From contig DATKDF010000213.1 in assembly GCA_035512795.1 (NCBI GenBank), positions 1-48,910 of the forward strand: a stretch of DNA of 48,910 nucleotides, given 5' to 3'. Each line of letters begins with the position of its first letter. Position 1 is the first letter of the stretch. Positions 29,363-37,342 of the stretch are shown here, one piece after another. The notes beneath the pieces were generated by a model, which was given only the letters and a program-made list of their open reading frames with translations, searched no databases and was not told the DNA's origin. A program made the translations under genes and the position numbers. This DNA comes from Vicinamibacterales bacterium (GTDB lineage: Bacteria > Acidobacteriota > Vicinamibacteria > Vicinamibacterales > SCN-69-37).

Positions 29363-29441
29363 CGCCTCGGCCAGTGCGGTGATAATCTCGAGCCGTACCG
29401 CCCGCGGAAGTCTCTGTCGCCGTCCGGCGGCCGGCCGGCCG

Positions 29442-30887
29442 TCACGGGCCGGTCTCACGCGAGGGCGGATCGACACGCGGACGGTCCACGACGAGCAGCG
29501 GGAGCAGGACGAGGCCGACGAAGACCATGCCACGATGCCGGAAGAGTGTCCCGAAGTTGCCGCTGTCGTAGGCGAGCAACGCGGCAATCACGACCGTGTG
29601 CGACAAGACCAGCCAGAACGCCGGATGCAGCACGGCCCGCCGACGCACGAGGCGGGTGCCGATGAACCCGAGAACGAACAGGAGCGTCGCATCGAAGAAC
29701 AGCGTGTCGAGTTCGGCGAACGCCCAGAGGCCGCGTCCTCCGCCCACGTGAACCCATCCCAGCGCCGACCCGATCGTGAGCGGCAGGCCCATGGCGACCG
29801 CGCCCACGAAGAACTTCTCGGCGCGCGACTCGGGCGGACGTGAGGACGGCTCGACGCCAACCGAAGCGCGCGTAATGACCTCCGAGCCTCTTGGCGCGGT
29901 CCCGACCCGGCCGATGCGGATCTCGGTTTCGCCGGTGGCGGCAATCGTCGCCCGGAAGTTGTCCATGACCCTGACGGCATTCGGCGCAGCCTGTTGCACC
30001 GTCAGCACGGTATCGGCACCGGGTCGGAAGATCGGCCGCACCCACCGGGGCAGGAATGGTCCCGCCCCGATCGGGATCGCCTGCGACAGGGCCGCGGTGA
30101 GGGCGAGGCCCCCGACCAGGCGTCGCCAGCCGGGCATACCGGTCGGCATGACGGCCACCAGCCAACCCAGCACGGTAGCGGCGAAGAGAAGCACACCGAA
30201 ATACCAACGGATGCCGGACACGGCGTAGAGGAGCCCCCACAGGGCGACGCCGGTGGCGACGAGGCCAGCCGTCAACAGCCGGCGGCCGCCGGGCCGGCGA
30301 TGGTCGAGCCAGAGAAACCCGGCGTACGCGTAGGCCGCGACAAGGAACATGAACAGCGGATCCTTGAGCGGCTGCAGGGACCACAGCATCCAACTGGGGC
30401 TGAGCGTGACCGCGCCGACGGCGAACACGGTCGCGGCACGGCTCGCGCGCGCCCGTTCGGCCAGAAGCACGATCGCGCCGCAGAGCCCGAGATACGAGAG
30501 CACGTTCAGGAGCAGCGCCGCCGATGGCACGCGCCCGACGACGTACATGACGAGTGCGAGGACCTTGATGTAGAAGACCGACGGCAAGGTCGGATCCAGG
30601 TGCCAGATGGCCAGCGGTCCACCGGCGGCCGCCAGATCGGCAAACCGGAAGTACTCCGTGCCATCCAGCGCGATGAACCAGAAGCCGTTGCCGAGCTGCA
30701 ACGAACGTCCGATGGGCAGTTCGAGATACGAAATCCAGAACAGCACCGAGCCCAACAGCCCGCGCGCGGCCAGACCTGCCCCGACGATCCACAGCAGGTC
30801 CGTCCGGCGCTGCAGCCGGCGCCACGTCAACCAGAGCAGGAACCCTGCGCCGATCGCGAGGCCGACGCGAACACTGGCGGCGATCAT
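29442..30887 (-). CDS. Polytopic membrane protein, candidate O-antigen polymerase/ligase (Wzy/WaaL-like)
   Basis: 481-aa ORF with about 10 TM segments and a ~90-aa hydrophilic loop (RVMDNFRATIAATGETEIRIGRVG...). The function is inferred from context and topology only. Confidence 0.6.
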   Translation of the reverse strand: MIAASVRVGLAIGAGFLLWLTWRRLQRRTDLLWIVGAGLAARGLLGSVLFWISYLELPIGRSLQLGNGFWFIALDGTEYFRFADLAAAGGPLAIWHLDPTLPSVFYIKVLALVMYVVGRVPSAALLLNVLSYLGLCGAIVLLAERARASRAATVFAVGAVTLSPSWMLWSLQPLKDPLFMFLVAAYAYAGFLWLDHRRPGGRRLLTAGLVATGVALWGLLYAVSGIRWYFGVLLFAATVLGWLVAVMPTGMPGWRRLVGGLALTAALSQAIPIGAGPFLPRWVRPIFRPGADTVLTVQQAAPNAVRVMDNFRATIAATGETEIRIGRVGTAPRGSEVITRASVGVEPSSRPPESRAEKFFVGAVAMGLPLTIGSALGWVHVGGGRGLWAFAELDTLFFDATLLFVLGFIGTRLVRRRAVLHPAFWLVLSHTVVIAALLAYDSGNFGTLFRHRGMVFVGLVLLPLLVVDRPRVDPPSRETGP

Positions 30888-30904
30888 GGATGCGGTCGGA
30901 CCCG

Positions 30905-30934
30905 ATTGTGGTCAGTGGCACCCGAGCCTGTCAA
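30905..30934 (-). promoter_or_regulatory. Sigma70-type promoter (-35 TTGACA consensus, 18-nt spacer, -10 CACAAT), 17 nt upstream of ATG 30887
   Basis: Plus strand reads tgtcaa at 30929-30934 and attgtg at 30905-30910. Confidence 0.45.
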
Positions 30935-31021
30935 CAGGCAGCACGCTGGACGCCGTCGACTCCTCGCGGACAACCATGTGACGTTGCAACGGTAGGCGTC
31001 AGTCGGCAACAGCGGCCGGGC

Positions 31022-31027
31022 TATCAT
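31022..31027 (+). promoter_or_regulatory. -10 box TATCAT, 8 nt upstream of GTG 31036 (11 nt upstream of ATG 31039) (leaderless-type)
   Basis: Heads the seven-gene plus-strand operon 31036-39247. Confidence 0.45.
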
Positions 31028-31035
31028 CGAGACAC

Positions 31036-31902
31036 GTGATGCCCCCCGTTGACCAGCGGTGCGCGCTCTGCGCGACCCAAGAGACGCGCGCACTCAATCT
31101 CGAATCCCGCCTCGCCCGCATCCCGTTCGGCGGCCGAATCGTCGCCTGTACCGGGTGCGGGCTGCGACGGGTCGACCCACAACCGACGGCCGCCCAACTC
31201 GAAGCGCTCTACCTGGATGCGGTCGACGCCTATCGGGAGGCCGGCCTCGACTACGTCGGCGGCACGACGTCGGCGCCAGCGTATCTCCTTGAGCGAATCG
31301 AGGAGCTGGAACGACGTCTCGGATCGCCCGGGCGGCTGCTGGACGTCGGCGCCGGGGCGGGTACGCTCCTGCAACTGGCGTCAGACCGCGACTGGGCTGT
31401 GGTCGGAACGGAGCGCTCGGCCGCCTCGGCCGCCTCGCTCCGCGCCCGCGGCTTCGACATCCGGCTGGGCGATCTTTCCAATGCCGGCTGGCCGGATGGG
31501 ACGTTCGACGCCATCCACCTGAACCACGTGCTGGAGCACCTTCCGGATCCCCGGGCGAGCCTGCGGGCGGCCAGACGCCTGCTGCGGCCCGGCGGTCTGC
31601 TGGCCATCGAGGTGCCCTGGGAGTTCGCGGACCTGCCGTTTCAGGTGCGCAGAGTCTTCGGGCTTCAACGGCCGCACCGGCTGCCCTCACAGCACCTGTG
31701 GTTCTTCTCGCCGGCCACCCTGTCGCGGACGGTTGGCGCGGCCGGACTCGAGGTCGTCTCCGTGTCGCTGCGGCGGGATTGCGACGACCCGCAGGCGGCG
31801 CGGCGGCTGGCGAAACTGGTCGTCGAACGGATCGAGCGGGCGGCCGGCCGCGGTCCGCTGATCGTACTTCTCGCGCGCGCGCCCCTGCCGACCGATGCGT
31901 GA
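31036..31902 (+). CDS. Class I SAM-dependent methyltransferase with N-terminal Cys4 zinc-ribbon
   Basis: CALC...CTGCG pairs at the N-terminus; LLDVGAGAGTLL motif I; FDAIHLNHVLEHLPDP; LRPGGLLAIEVP. Confidence 0.85.
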   Translation: MMPPVDQRCALCATQETRALNLESRLARIPFGGRIVACTGCGLRRVDPQPTAAQLEALYLDAVDAYREAGLDYVGGTTSAPAYLLERIEELERRLGSPGRLLDVGAGAGTLLQLASDRDWAVVGTERSAASAASLRARGFDIRLGDLSNAGWPDGTFDAIHLNHVLEHLPDPRASLRAARRLLRPGGLLAIEVPWEFADLPFQVRRVFGLQRPHRLPSQHLWFFSPATLSRTVGAAGLEVVSVSLRRDCDDPQAARRLAKLVVERIERAAGRGPLIVLLARAPLPTDA

Positions 31903-32797
31903 CGACCCAACGCCAGCCGTCAGCGTGGTGGTGCCGACCTACAACCGCGACTGCGCCTTGGCCGGTTGCCTGGACGCGCTCGCTCGACAATCGGTCGATC
32001 CACGCCGGTTCGAGGTCGTCGTCATCGACGACGGCTCAACCGACGGCACGACGGACGTCTGCCGGCAACAGGCGCCGAGGTTCGCACGCTTCACCACGCA
32101 CCGGCAGGCCAACCGCGGCCCCGCGGCAGCCCGTAACGCGGGCATCCGGATGGCCCGCGCCCCACTCGTGGCGTTCACCGACGACGACTGCGTGCCGCCG
32201 CCGGACTGGTTGCACCGCATCCTCGACCGATTCGCTTCCGAACCGGATCTCGGGGGCCTCGGCGGCCTGATGATCACGCCGCCGCACCAGTGGGTGCCGC
32301 TAACTCACCACTCGGACCTGACGGCTCCCGGCACTTCGGACTACTCGCGGTTCATCGGCACGAATAACGCGGCGTATCGCCGCGACATACTCCTGCAGGT
32401 GGGTGGCTTCGACGAGGCGTTCCGGCACGTGAGCGTCGAGGACGCGGAGCTGTACATCCGGATCCGGCGCGTGGCGCACACGGCGATCGATCCGGATCTG
32501 TACGTCTCGCATCCGCCCCGGCTGATGGGCTTCGGCGAAGCGATCCGTGGCTACGTGCGCTTCTACGAAGGCTACGCGGCGCTCGAGGAGCGGTACCCGG
32601 ATGACTTCCGGGACCTGTACGGCAGCACGGCCGCCGGAGCGGTCCTCGGGGGCCGATCGTGGCGCACGAGGGCCCGGCTGTATCTGCCGGGGATGGTCCG
32701 CCATCCGTGGCGCGGCGTGCAGTTCATCGCGTACCTCGTGTGCAGCCGGCTAGCCGTGATGGCACGGGCCATCCGGCGCCGCCGGACCGCCCGATGA
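31895..32797 (+). CDS. Glycosyltransferase family 2
   Basis: VSVVVPTYNR, VVVIDDGSTDGT, AFTDDDC (DxD). Overlaps the upstream stop by 8 nt. Confidence 0.9.
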   Translation: MRDDPTPAVSVVVPTYNRDCALAGCLDALARQSVDPRRFEVVVIDDGSTDGTTDVCRQQAPRFARFTTHRQANRGPAAARNAGIRMARAPLVAFTDDDCVPPPDWLHRILDRFASEPDLGGLGGLMITPPHQWVPLTHHSDLTAPGTSDYSRFIGTNNAAYRRDILLQVGGFDEAFRHVSVEDAELYIRIRRVAHTAIDPDLYVSHPPRLMGFGEAIRGYVRFYEGYAALEERYPDDFRDLYGSTAAGAVLGGRSWRTRARLYLPGMVRHPWRGVQFIAYLVCSRLAVMARAIRRRRTAR

Positions 32798-34131
32798 CGC
32801 CGGGGCGGGGCACGCACGTCGTGGCGGGCCGGCTGGCGTTGGCCCGCGCACTCTCGCGTGTGCCGGCCGCCCTGCTGCCGCTCGTCGTGGCCGCCATCTT
32901 CGGCGCCTCACGCGAGACCGACACGTTCTTTCTCGTGTATGCCGGCGTGCTCTTTGCGAGCGGCGCCTTTGGCTTTCTCGAGACGGCCGTCGTCCCGTTC
33001 GTCCCCGGCACGATGCCCAGTGCGGCGCGCGAGCGGTTTGCCGGCGTCGTCCTCGGACGACTGCTGCTCGTGCTGCTGCCGCTCGCGGTTGCGCTCGCCG
33101 CGGGCGCGCTCGTCTGGCGGATGGAGGCCGCCGCGCCGGCCGCGACCGGCAACGAAGGCTGGCGGCATCTGGTCGTGCTCGCGGGGCTGCCGGTCCTCAG
33201 CGGCGCGGGCGCGCTTCTGACAGGCTATCTGAACGCGGGCGAACGGTATCTCGCGTCCGCGCTCGCCGCCGCGCTGAAGGGCCTGACGGCGCTGGCGCTC
33301 GGCGTCGTGTTCTCGTCCGCGCTCGGGCTGGTGGCCTTCTCGGTCGGGATCCTGTGCGGCGAGGTCGTCGGCTTCGCCTGGCTCTTCGCGACGAGCCGGC
33401 TCCCGATCGCGAGTCTGTACCGCCCCGGTGCCCGCGGCGACCTGCGGCCGTTCTGGATGCTCGCCGGCTCGATGTTCGGGGCCGCCGTCGCCAACAGCAG
33501 CCGGGGCTTCGTCGATCGGCTGATTGCGTCGACGCTCGGCCCCGGGGCGGTGTCGATCCTCGAGTACGCCGAGCGCGTGTTTCACATGACCGTGGCCCTC
33601 GTCGGCGCGCCGATCGCGACCGTCCACCTGTCCCGGTGGGCGTCGGCGTTCCACGGCGGGTCGCCGGTCTCGGTGACCGGCCTCGGCACCGCGGTTCGAC
33701 GGGCCCGGCCCCTGCCGCTCGGGGTGGGCCTGGCGATGCTCGTCGCGATGACAATGGCCGTGTTCAGTCCACCGGCCGCCGGCTGGCTCGACCGGACCCT
33801 GGGTGCCGACCGCGGCCTGTTCCAGCTCGCCCTTGTCATGTACCTCGCCGGCGCCGTGCCTTACCTGCTCGGGCTCGTGGCGTCGCAGGCCATCCTCGTC
33901 CTGCGCGATGCGCGATTCGTGCTGGCCGCCACCGTGGCCCTCGCCTTGGCCAACGTGCCCCTCGACCTGGCCGGCGTGTTCGTGCTGGGCCTGCCCGGTA
34001 TTGCTCTCGCCTCATCCATCCTGTCGGCCGCGAGCTGGCTGGCGTCCGAAGGCCGGCTGCGCTGGCATGTTCGCCAATCGGGGCATCTCGGTCACAATGG
34101 CGGGGAGTCTCCCCGCCAAATGCCACGATGA
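32794..34131 (+). CDS. MOP-superfamily flippase (MurJ/MviN- or Wzx-like)
   Basis: Coding part of ORF 32659-34131 starts at MTPGRGTHVVAGRLALARAL. About 12 TM segments. N-terminal SRETDTFFLVYAGVLF resembles the MurJ N-terminal block. ATGA overlap with the GT2 stop. Confidence 0.75.
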   Translation: MTPGRGTHVVAGRLALARALSRVPAALLPLVVAAIFGASRETDTFFLVYAGVLFASGAFGFLETAVVPFVPGTMPSAARERFAGVVLGRLLLVLLPLAVALAAGALVWRMEAAAPAATGNEGWRHLVVLAGLPVLSGAGALLTGYLNAGERYLASALAAALKGLTALALGVVFSSALGLVAFSVGILCGEVVGFAWLFATSRLPIASLYRPGARGDLRPFWMLAGSMFGAAVANSSRGFVDRLIASTLGPGAVSILEYAERVFHMTVALVGAPIATVHLSRWASAFHGGSPVSVTGLGTAVRRARPLPLGVGLAMLVAMTMAVFSPPAAGWLDRTLGADRGLFQLALVMYLAGAVPYLLGLVASQAILVLRDARFVLAATVALALANVPLDLAGVFVLGLPGIALASSILSAASWLASEGRLRWHVRQSGHLGHNGGESPRQMPR

Positions 34132-34898
34132 AGGTCTTCGTCCGCGACCGTCTGTTCCGTCGGCCCTCCCTGCAGCCGCTGTGGGAGCGGTTGCACGGCG
34201 TGTCTATCGTCGCGATGAACTACTGGGGCGGCGCGCGCTTCGAATCGAGCGGCGAGCTGTGGGTCCTTCGGCGCGTGGTGGTCCCACGGATCCGGCACGG
34301 CGTCGTCTTCGACGTCGGCGCCAACGACGGACGCTACGCGCTGGCTGCACACGCGATCCTGGGCGACCGCGTCCGGCAGTACTGCTTCGAGCCGGCCCGC
34401 GCCAGTTTCGACTCTCTCCGGCAGCGAGTGCAGGGCGTACGGTCGATCCAGTCTTTCGACTTCGGCTTCAGCGACCGCGAGGAAACGCGGACGCTGCACC
34501 ACACGACCGACGGCCACGCGCTCAGTTCGATGTATGGCGACAATCCGCTGACTCGGTTCGGCGCGACCGAGTCCGTCCATCTGCGGACGTTGACCGCGTT
34601 CTGCGGCGAGCAGGGGATCGATGGCATCGACTTCCTCAAGGTCGACGTCGAAGGGCACGAGCTGAGCGTGCTGCGGGGGGCCCAGGATCTCATCGACACC
34701 CGCCGGATTGGCGTCATCCAGTTCGAGATGGGCGAATGCAACATCGTGTCGCGGACGTTCTTCCGGGATTTTCAGGAACTGCTCGGCGGTCACTACGACC
34801 TGTTCCGCGTCCTGCCGGGCGGCCTGCGGCCGATTCCGGCCTACCGGACGCTGCTCGAGGTGTTCGCCTGCGTGAACTACGTCGCGATCGCCCGATGA
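34128..34898 (+). CDS. FkbM-family SAM-dependent methyltransferase
   Basis: Tail of ORF 33354-34898: VVFDVGANDGRYAL...IDFLKVDVEGHELSVLRGA. ATGA overlap with the upstream stop. Confidence 0.85.
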   Translation: MKVFVRDRLFRRPSLQPLWERLHGVSIVAMNYWGGARFESSGELWVLRRVVVPRIRHGVVFDVGANDGRYALAAHAILGDRVRQYCFEPARASFDSLRQRVQGVRSIQSFDFGFSDREETRTLHHTTDGHALSSMYGDNPLTRFGATESVHLRTLTAFCGEQGIDGIDFLKVDVEGHELSVLRGAQDLIDTRRIGVIQFEMGECNIVSRTFFRDFQELLGGHYDLFRVLPGGLRPIPAYRTLLEVFACVNYVAIAR

Positions 34899-34929
34899 GC
34901 TGCGAGCCGATTCCCGACCGAGCGCATCG

Positions 34930-36198
34930 GTGATCCGGATCGCCCACCTCATCACGGACCTCGACGTCGGCGGTGCCGAGACGATGCTCGTGCGCCTCGT
35001 GGGTGCCATGAATCGAGCCGAGTTCGACAACCATGTCATCAGCCTGCTGCCGGTCGGCCCGCTGGGCGGCCCGCTCGAGGATCTGGGCATTCCCGTCCAG
35101 TTGCTCGCGATGCGGCGCGGCCGCCCGCGAGCGGCCGCGATGGCCCGCCTGGCCGTCATGCTCCGCCGCATCCGGCCGAACATCCTCCAGACGTGGCTGT
35201 ATCACACGGACGTGCTGGGCACGTTGGCCGCCCCGCTGGCCGGCGTGCGCACGCTCGCCTGGAACGTCAGGGCGTTGAACGTCGACATGACTCCTTGTCG
35301 AGCGTTGTCGTCGGCCACCCGGCGCATGGCCGGCTGGCTGTCGCGGCGCCCGGCGGCCGTCATCGTCAACTCGGCCGCGGGCCGGGCTGCCCACGAGGCC
35401 ATCGGGTACCGCCCGCGGCGGTGGTGTCTCATTCCGAACGGCATCGAGTGCGAGGTGTTCCGTCCCGACGGCGAGGCGCGCGCGAGCGTGCGCCGGTCGC
35501 TCGGCATCGACGCCGCGGCCCCCCTCGTCGGGCTCATCGCCCGTTTCCACAGCATGAAGGGCCACCACACGTTCGTTCAGGCCGCAGCGTCGGTCTGCCG
35601 CCGCCGGCCGGACGTGCGCGTCCTGCTCGCGGGTGCCGGAGTGGACCGGGAAAACGGCGCGCTCAGGGAATGGCTGGATGCCGAAGGGATCGCCGGCCGG
35701 GTCAGCCTGCTCGGCGCGCGTGACGACATCGCGAAACTGAACGCGGCGCTCGACGTGGCGGTCATGGCCTCGACCGACGGAGAGGGCTTCCCAACGGCCG
35801 TCGCGGAGGCCATGGCGTGCGAAGTGCCCTGCGTCGTGACCGACGTCGGCGACGCGGGCTCCCTGGTGGGTGACACCGGGTACGCCGTGCCGCCGCGCGA
35901 CGCCGGCGCGCTGGCAGACGCCTGCGAGCGTCTCGTCGCCGCCGGGCCGGAGGAGCGCCGGGCGAGAGTCTGTACAGGTCCTTATGCGAGTTACGCGACT
36001 CACGATCGCGAGCGCGCACCTGACGGGCGCGCCACGCTGACGGCCATGTCCGGTATCGCTGGTCGGTTCAAGTTCGTCTCGGGCGCCCCGGTCGATGCTG
36101 CGATCTTCACGGGGGTGTGCGACCTGGTCGCGCATCGTGGACCGGACGGCGCCGGTGTGAGCGCGACTGGAACCCAAGTCGAGACGGGCGCGGGCTGA
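34930..36198 (+). CDS. Glycosyltransferase family 4 with a degenerate C-terminus read through into an asnB 5' remnant (chimeric ORF)
   Basis: VIRIAHLITDLDVGGAE..., IARFHSMKGH, EGFPTAVAEAMACEVPCVVTDVGD. The last 51 codons are MSGIAGRFKFVSGAPVDAA...HRGPDGAGVS, homologous to the AsnB N-terminus. Confidence 0.8.
   Translation: MIRIAHLITDLDVGGAETMLVRLVGAMNRAEFDNHVISLLPVGPLGGPLEDLGIPVQLLAMRRGRPRAAAMARLAVMLRRIRPNILQTWLYHTDVLGTLAAPLAGVRTLAWNVRALNVDMTPCRALSSATRRMAGWLSRRPAAVIVNSAAGRAAHEAIGYRPRRWCLIPNGIECEVFRPDGEARASVRRSLGIDAAAPLVGLIARFHSMKGHHTFVQAAASVCRRRPDVRVLLAGAGVDRENGALREWLDAEGIAGRVSLLGARDDIAKLNAALDVAVMASTDGEGFPTAVAEAMACEVPCVVTDVGDAGSLVGDTGYAVPPRDAGALADACERLVAAGPEERRARVCTGPYASYATHDRERAPDGRATLTAMSGIAGRFKFVSGAPVDAAIFTGVCDLVAHRGPDGAGVSATGTQVETGAG
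34933..34980 (+). repeat. 48-nt direct repeat, copy 1 (5' end of first GT4)
   Basis: 47/48 nt identical to 36207-36254 (single T/C difference at repeat position 42). Confidence 0.9.
36046..36198 (+). pseudogene. asnB 5' remnant (first ~42 codons of an asparagine synthase; Cys2 replaced by Ser)
   Basis: Hand alignment with 37343 onward shows about 85% nt identity over ~114 nt. ATG TCC replaces ATG TGC. Homology is lost after codon ~42 and a stop follows at 36196. Confidence 0.75.
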
Positions 36199-36200
36199 CC

Positions 36201-37340
36201 GTGAAGATCCGGATCGCCCACCTCATCACGGACCTCGACGTCGGCGGCGCCGAGGTTATGCTGGCGCGCCTCCTCGAGCGGATGGATCGCGACCGGTTCG
36301 ACAGCGAGGTCATCTCCCTCATCGAGCCCGGGGCGGTGGCCCCCCGGATGGCGGCCGCCGCCGTGCCGGTAACGTCGCTCGGCATGCGGCCTGGCGTACC
36401 GGCGCCACGGGGCGTCGTACGTCTGACACGGCTGCTCCGGCGCAAGCGTCCGGATATCCTGCAGACGTGGCTCTATCACGCCGATGTCCTTGGAACGCTC
36501 GCCGGCGCGATGGCGCGCGTCCCATCGGTAGTCTGGAACATCAGAGCGGGCGATGTGGACCTGTCGATGTACGGCTCGCTATCGGCGCTGACGCGCAAGC
36601 TCGGTGCCGTGCTGTCCGGATGGCCCGAAGTCGTCGTCGCCAACTCGCGCGCCGGGCGGGAGGCGCACGAGCGACTGGGCTACCACCCCCGGCGCTGGCT
36701 CATCATTCCGAACGGCATCGACACGGCGCGGTTCCGGCCACAGCCGGCCGATCGCGACGCGACACGAGCCAGCCTGGGCGTACCGGCCGGTGCGCTCCTG
36801 GTCGGCACCATCGCGCGGTTCGATCCGGTCAAGGGACACGAGAGGCTGATCGAAGCCGTGGGACGTGTCGCGGCGTCCCGTCCAGCTCTGCACCTGCTGC
36901 TGGCCGGCCGGGGCGTCAGTGCCGGGAACGCGGAGCTGGCGGGTTGGATCGCACGAGCTCACCTGGACGGCCGCGTGACGCTGCTCGATGAACGGCACGA
37001 CGTCGAACGGATTGATGCCGCGCTCGACGTGGCCGTCATGCCATCAACCACCGAGGCGTTCCCCAATGCGGTGGCCGAGGCCATGGCCTGCGGCGTGCCG
37101 TGCGTCGTCTCGGACGTCGGCGACGCCGCTCACCTGGTCGGACCAACAGGCTGGATTGGCCGTCGTCCGCTCGCCGAAGACCTCGCCAACGCCCTCGACG
37201 AAGCCCTCTCGAGCGCGACCGAGCGGCGACGCCGGGGTGACGCCGCCCGGGCCCGGATCGAGGCCCACTTCAGCCTTGATCGGGCGGTAGAAGCCTATGC
37301 GAATCTGTACGAGGGACTCGCTGGATCGAAGACCTCCTGA
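36201..37340 (+). CDS. Glycosyltransferase family 4, tandem paralog of 34930-36198
   Basis: GTG 36201: VKIRIAHLITDLDVGGAE..., IARFDPVKGH, EAFPNAVAEAMACGVPCVVSDVGD. Intact C-terminal helix (RARIEAHFSLDRAVEAYANLYEGL). Confidence 0.85.
   Translation: MKIRIAHLITDLDVGGAEVMLARLLERMDRDRFDSEVISLIEPGAVAPRMAAAAVPVTSLGMRPGVPAPRGVVRLTRLLRRKRPDILQTWLYHADVLGTLAGAMARVPSVVWNIRAGDVDLSMYGSLSALTRKLGAVLSGWPEVVVANSRAGREAHERLGYHPRRWLIIPNGIDTARFRPQPADRDATRASLGVPAGALLVGTIARFDPVKGHERLIEAVGRVAASRPALHLLLAGRGVSAGNAELAGWIARAHLDGRVTLLDERHDVERIDAALDVAVMPSTTEAFPNAVAEAMACGVPCVVSDVGDAAHLVGPTGWIGRRPLAEDLANALDEALSSATERRRRGDAARARIEAHFSLDRAVEAYANLYEGLAGSKTS
36207..36254 (+). repeat. 48-nt direct repeat, copy 2 (5' end of second GT4)
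   Basis: 47/48 nt identical to 34933-34980. Confidence 0.9.
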
Positions 37341-37342
37341 CC

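Noticed and set aside
31042-31047. C6 homopolymer at codons 3-4 of the methyltransferase that heads the 31-39 kb operon, as a possible phase-variation tract.
   Set aside because: Six bases is below the length usually associated with slipped-strand phase variation, and such runs are common in GC-rich DNA.
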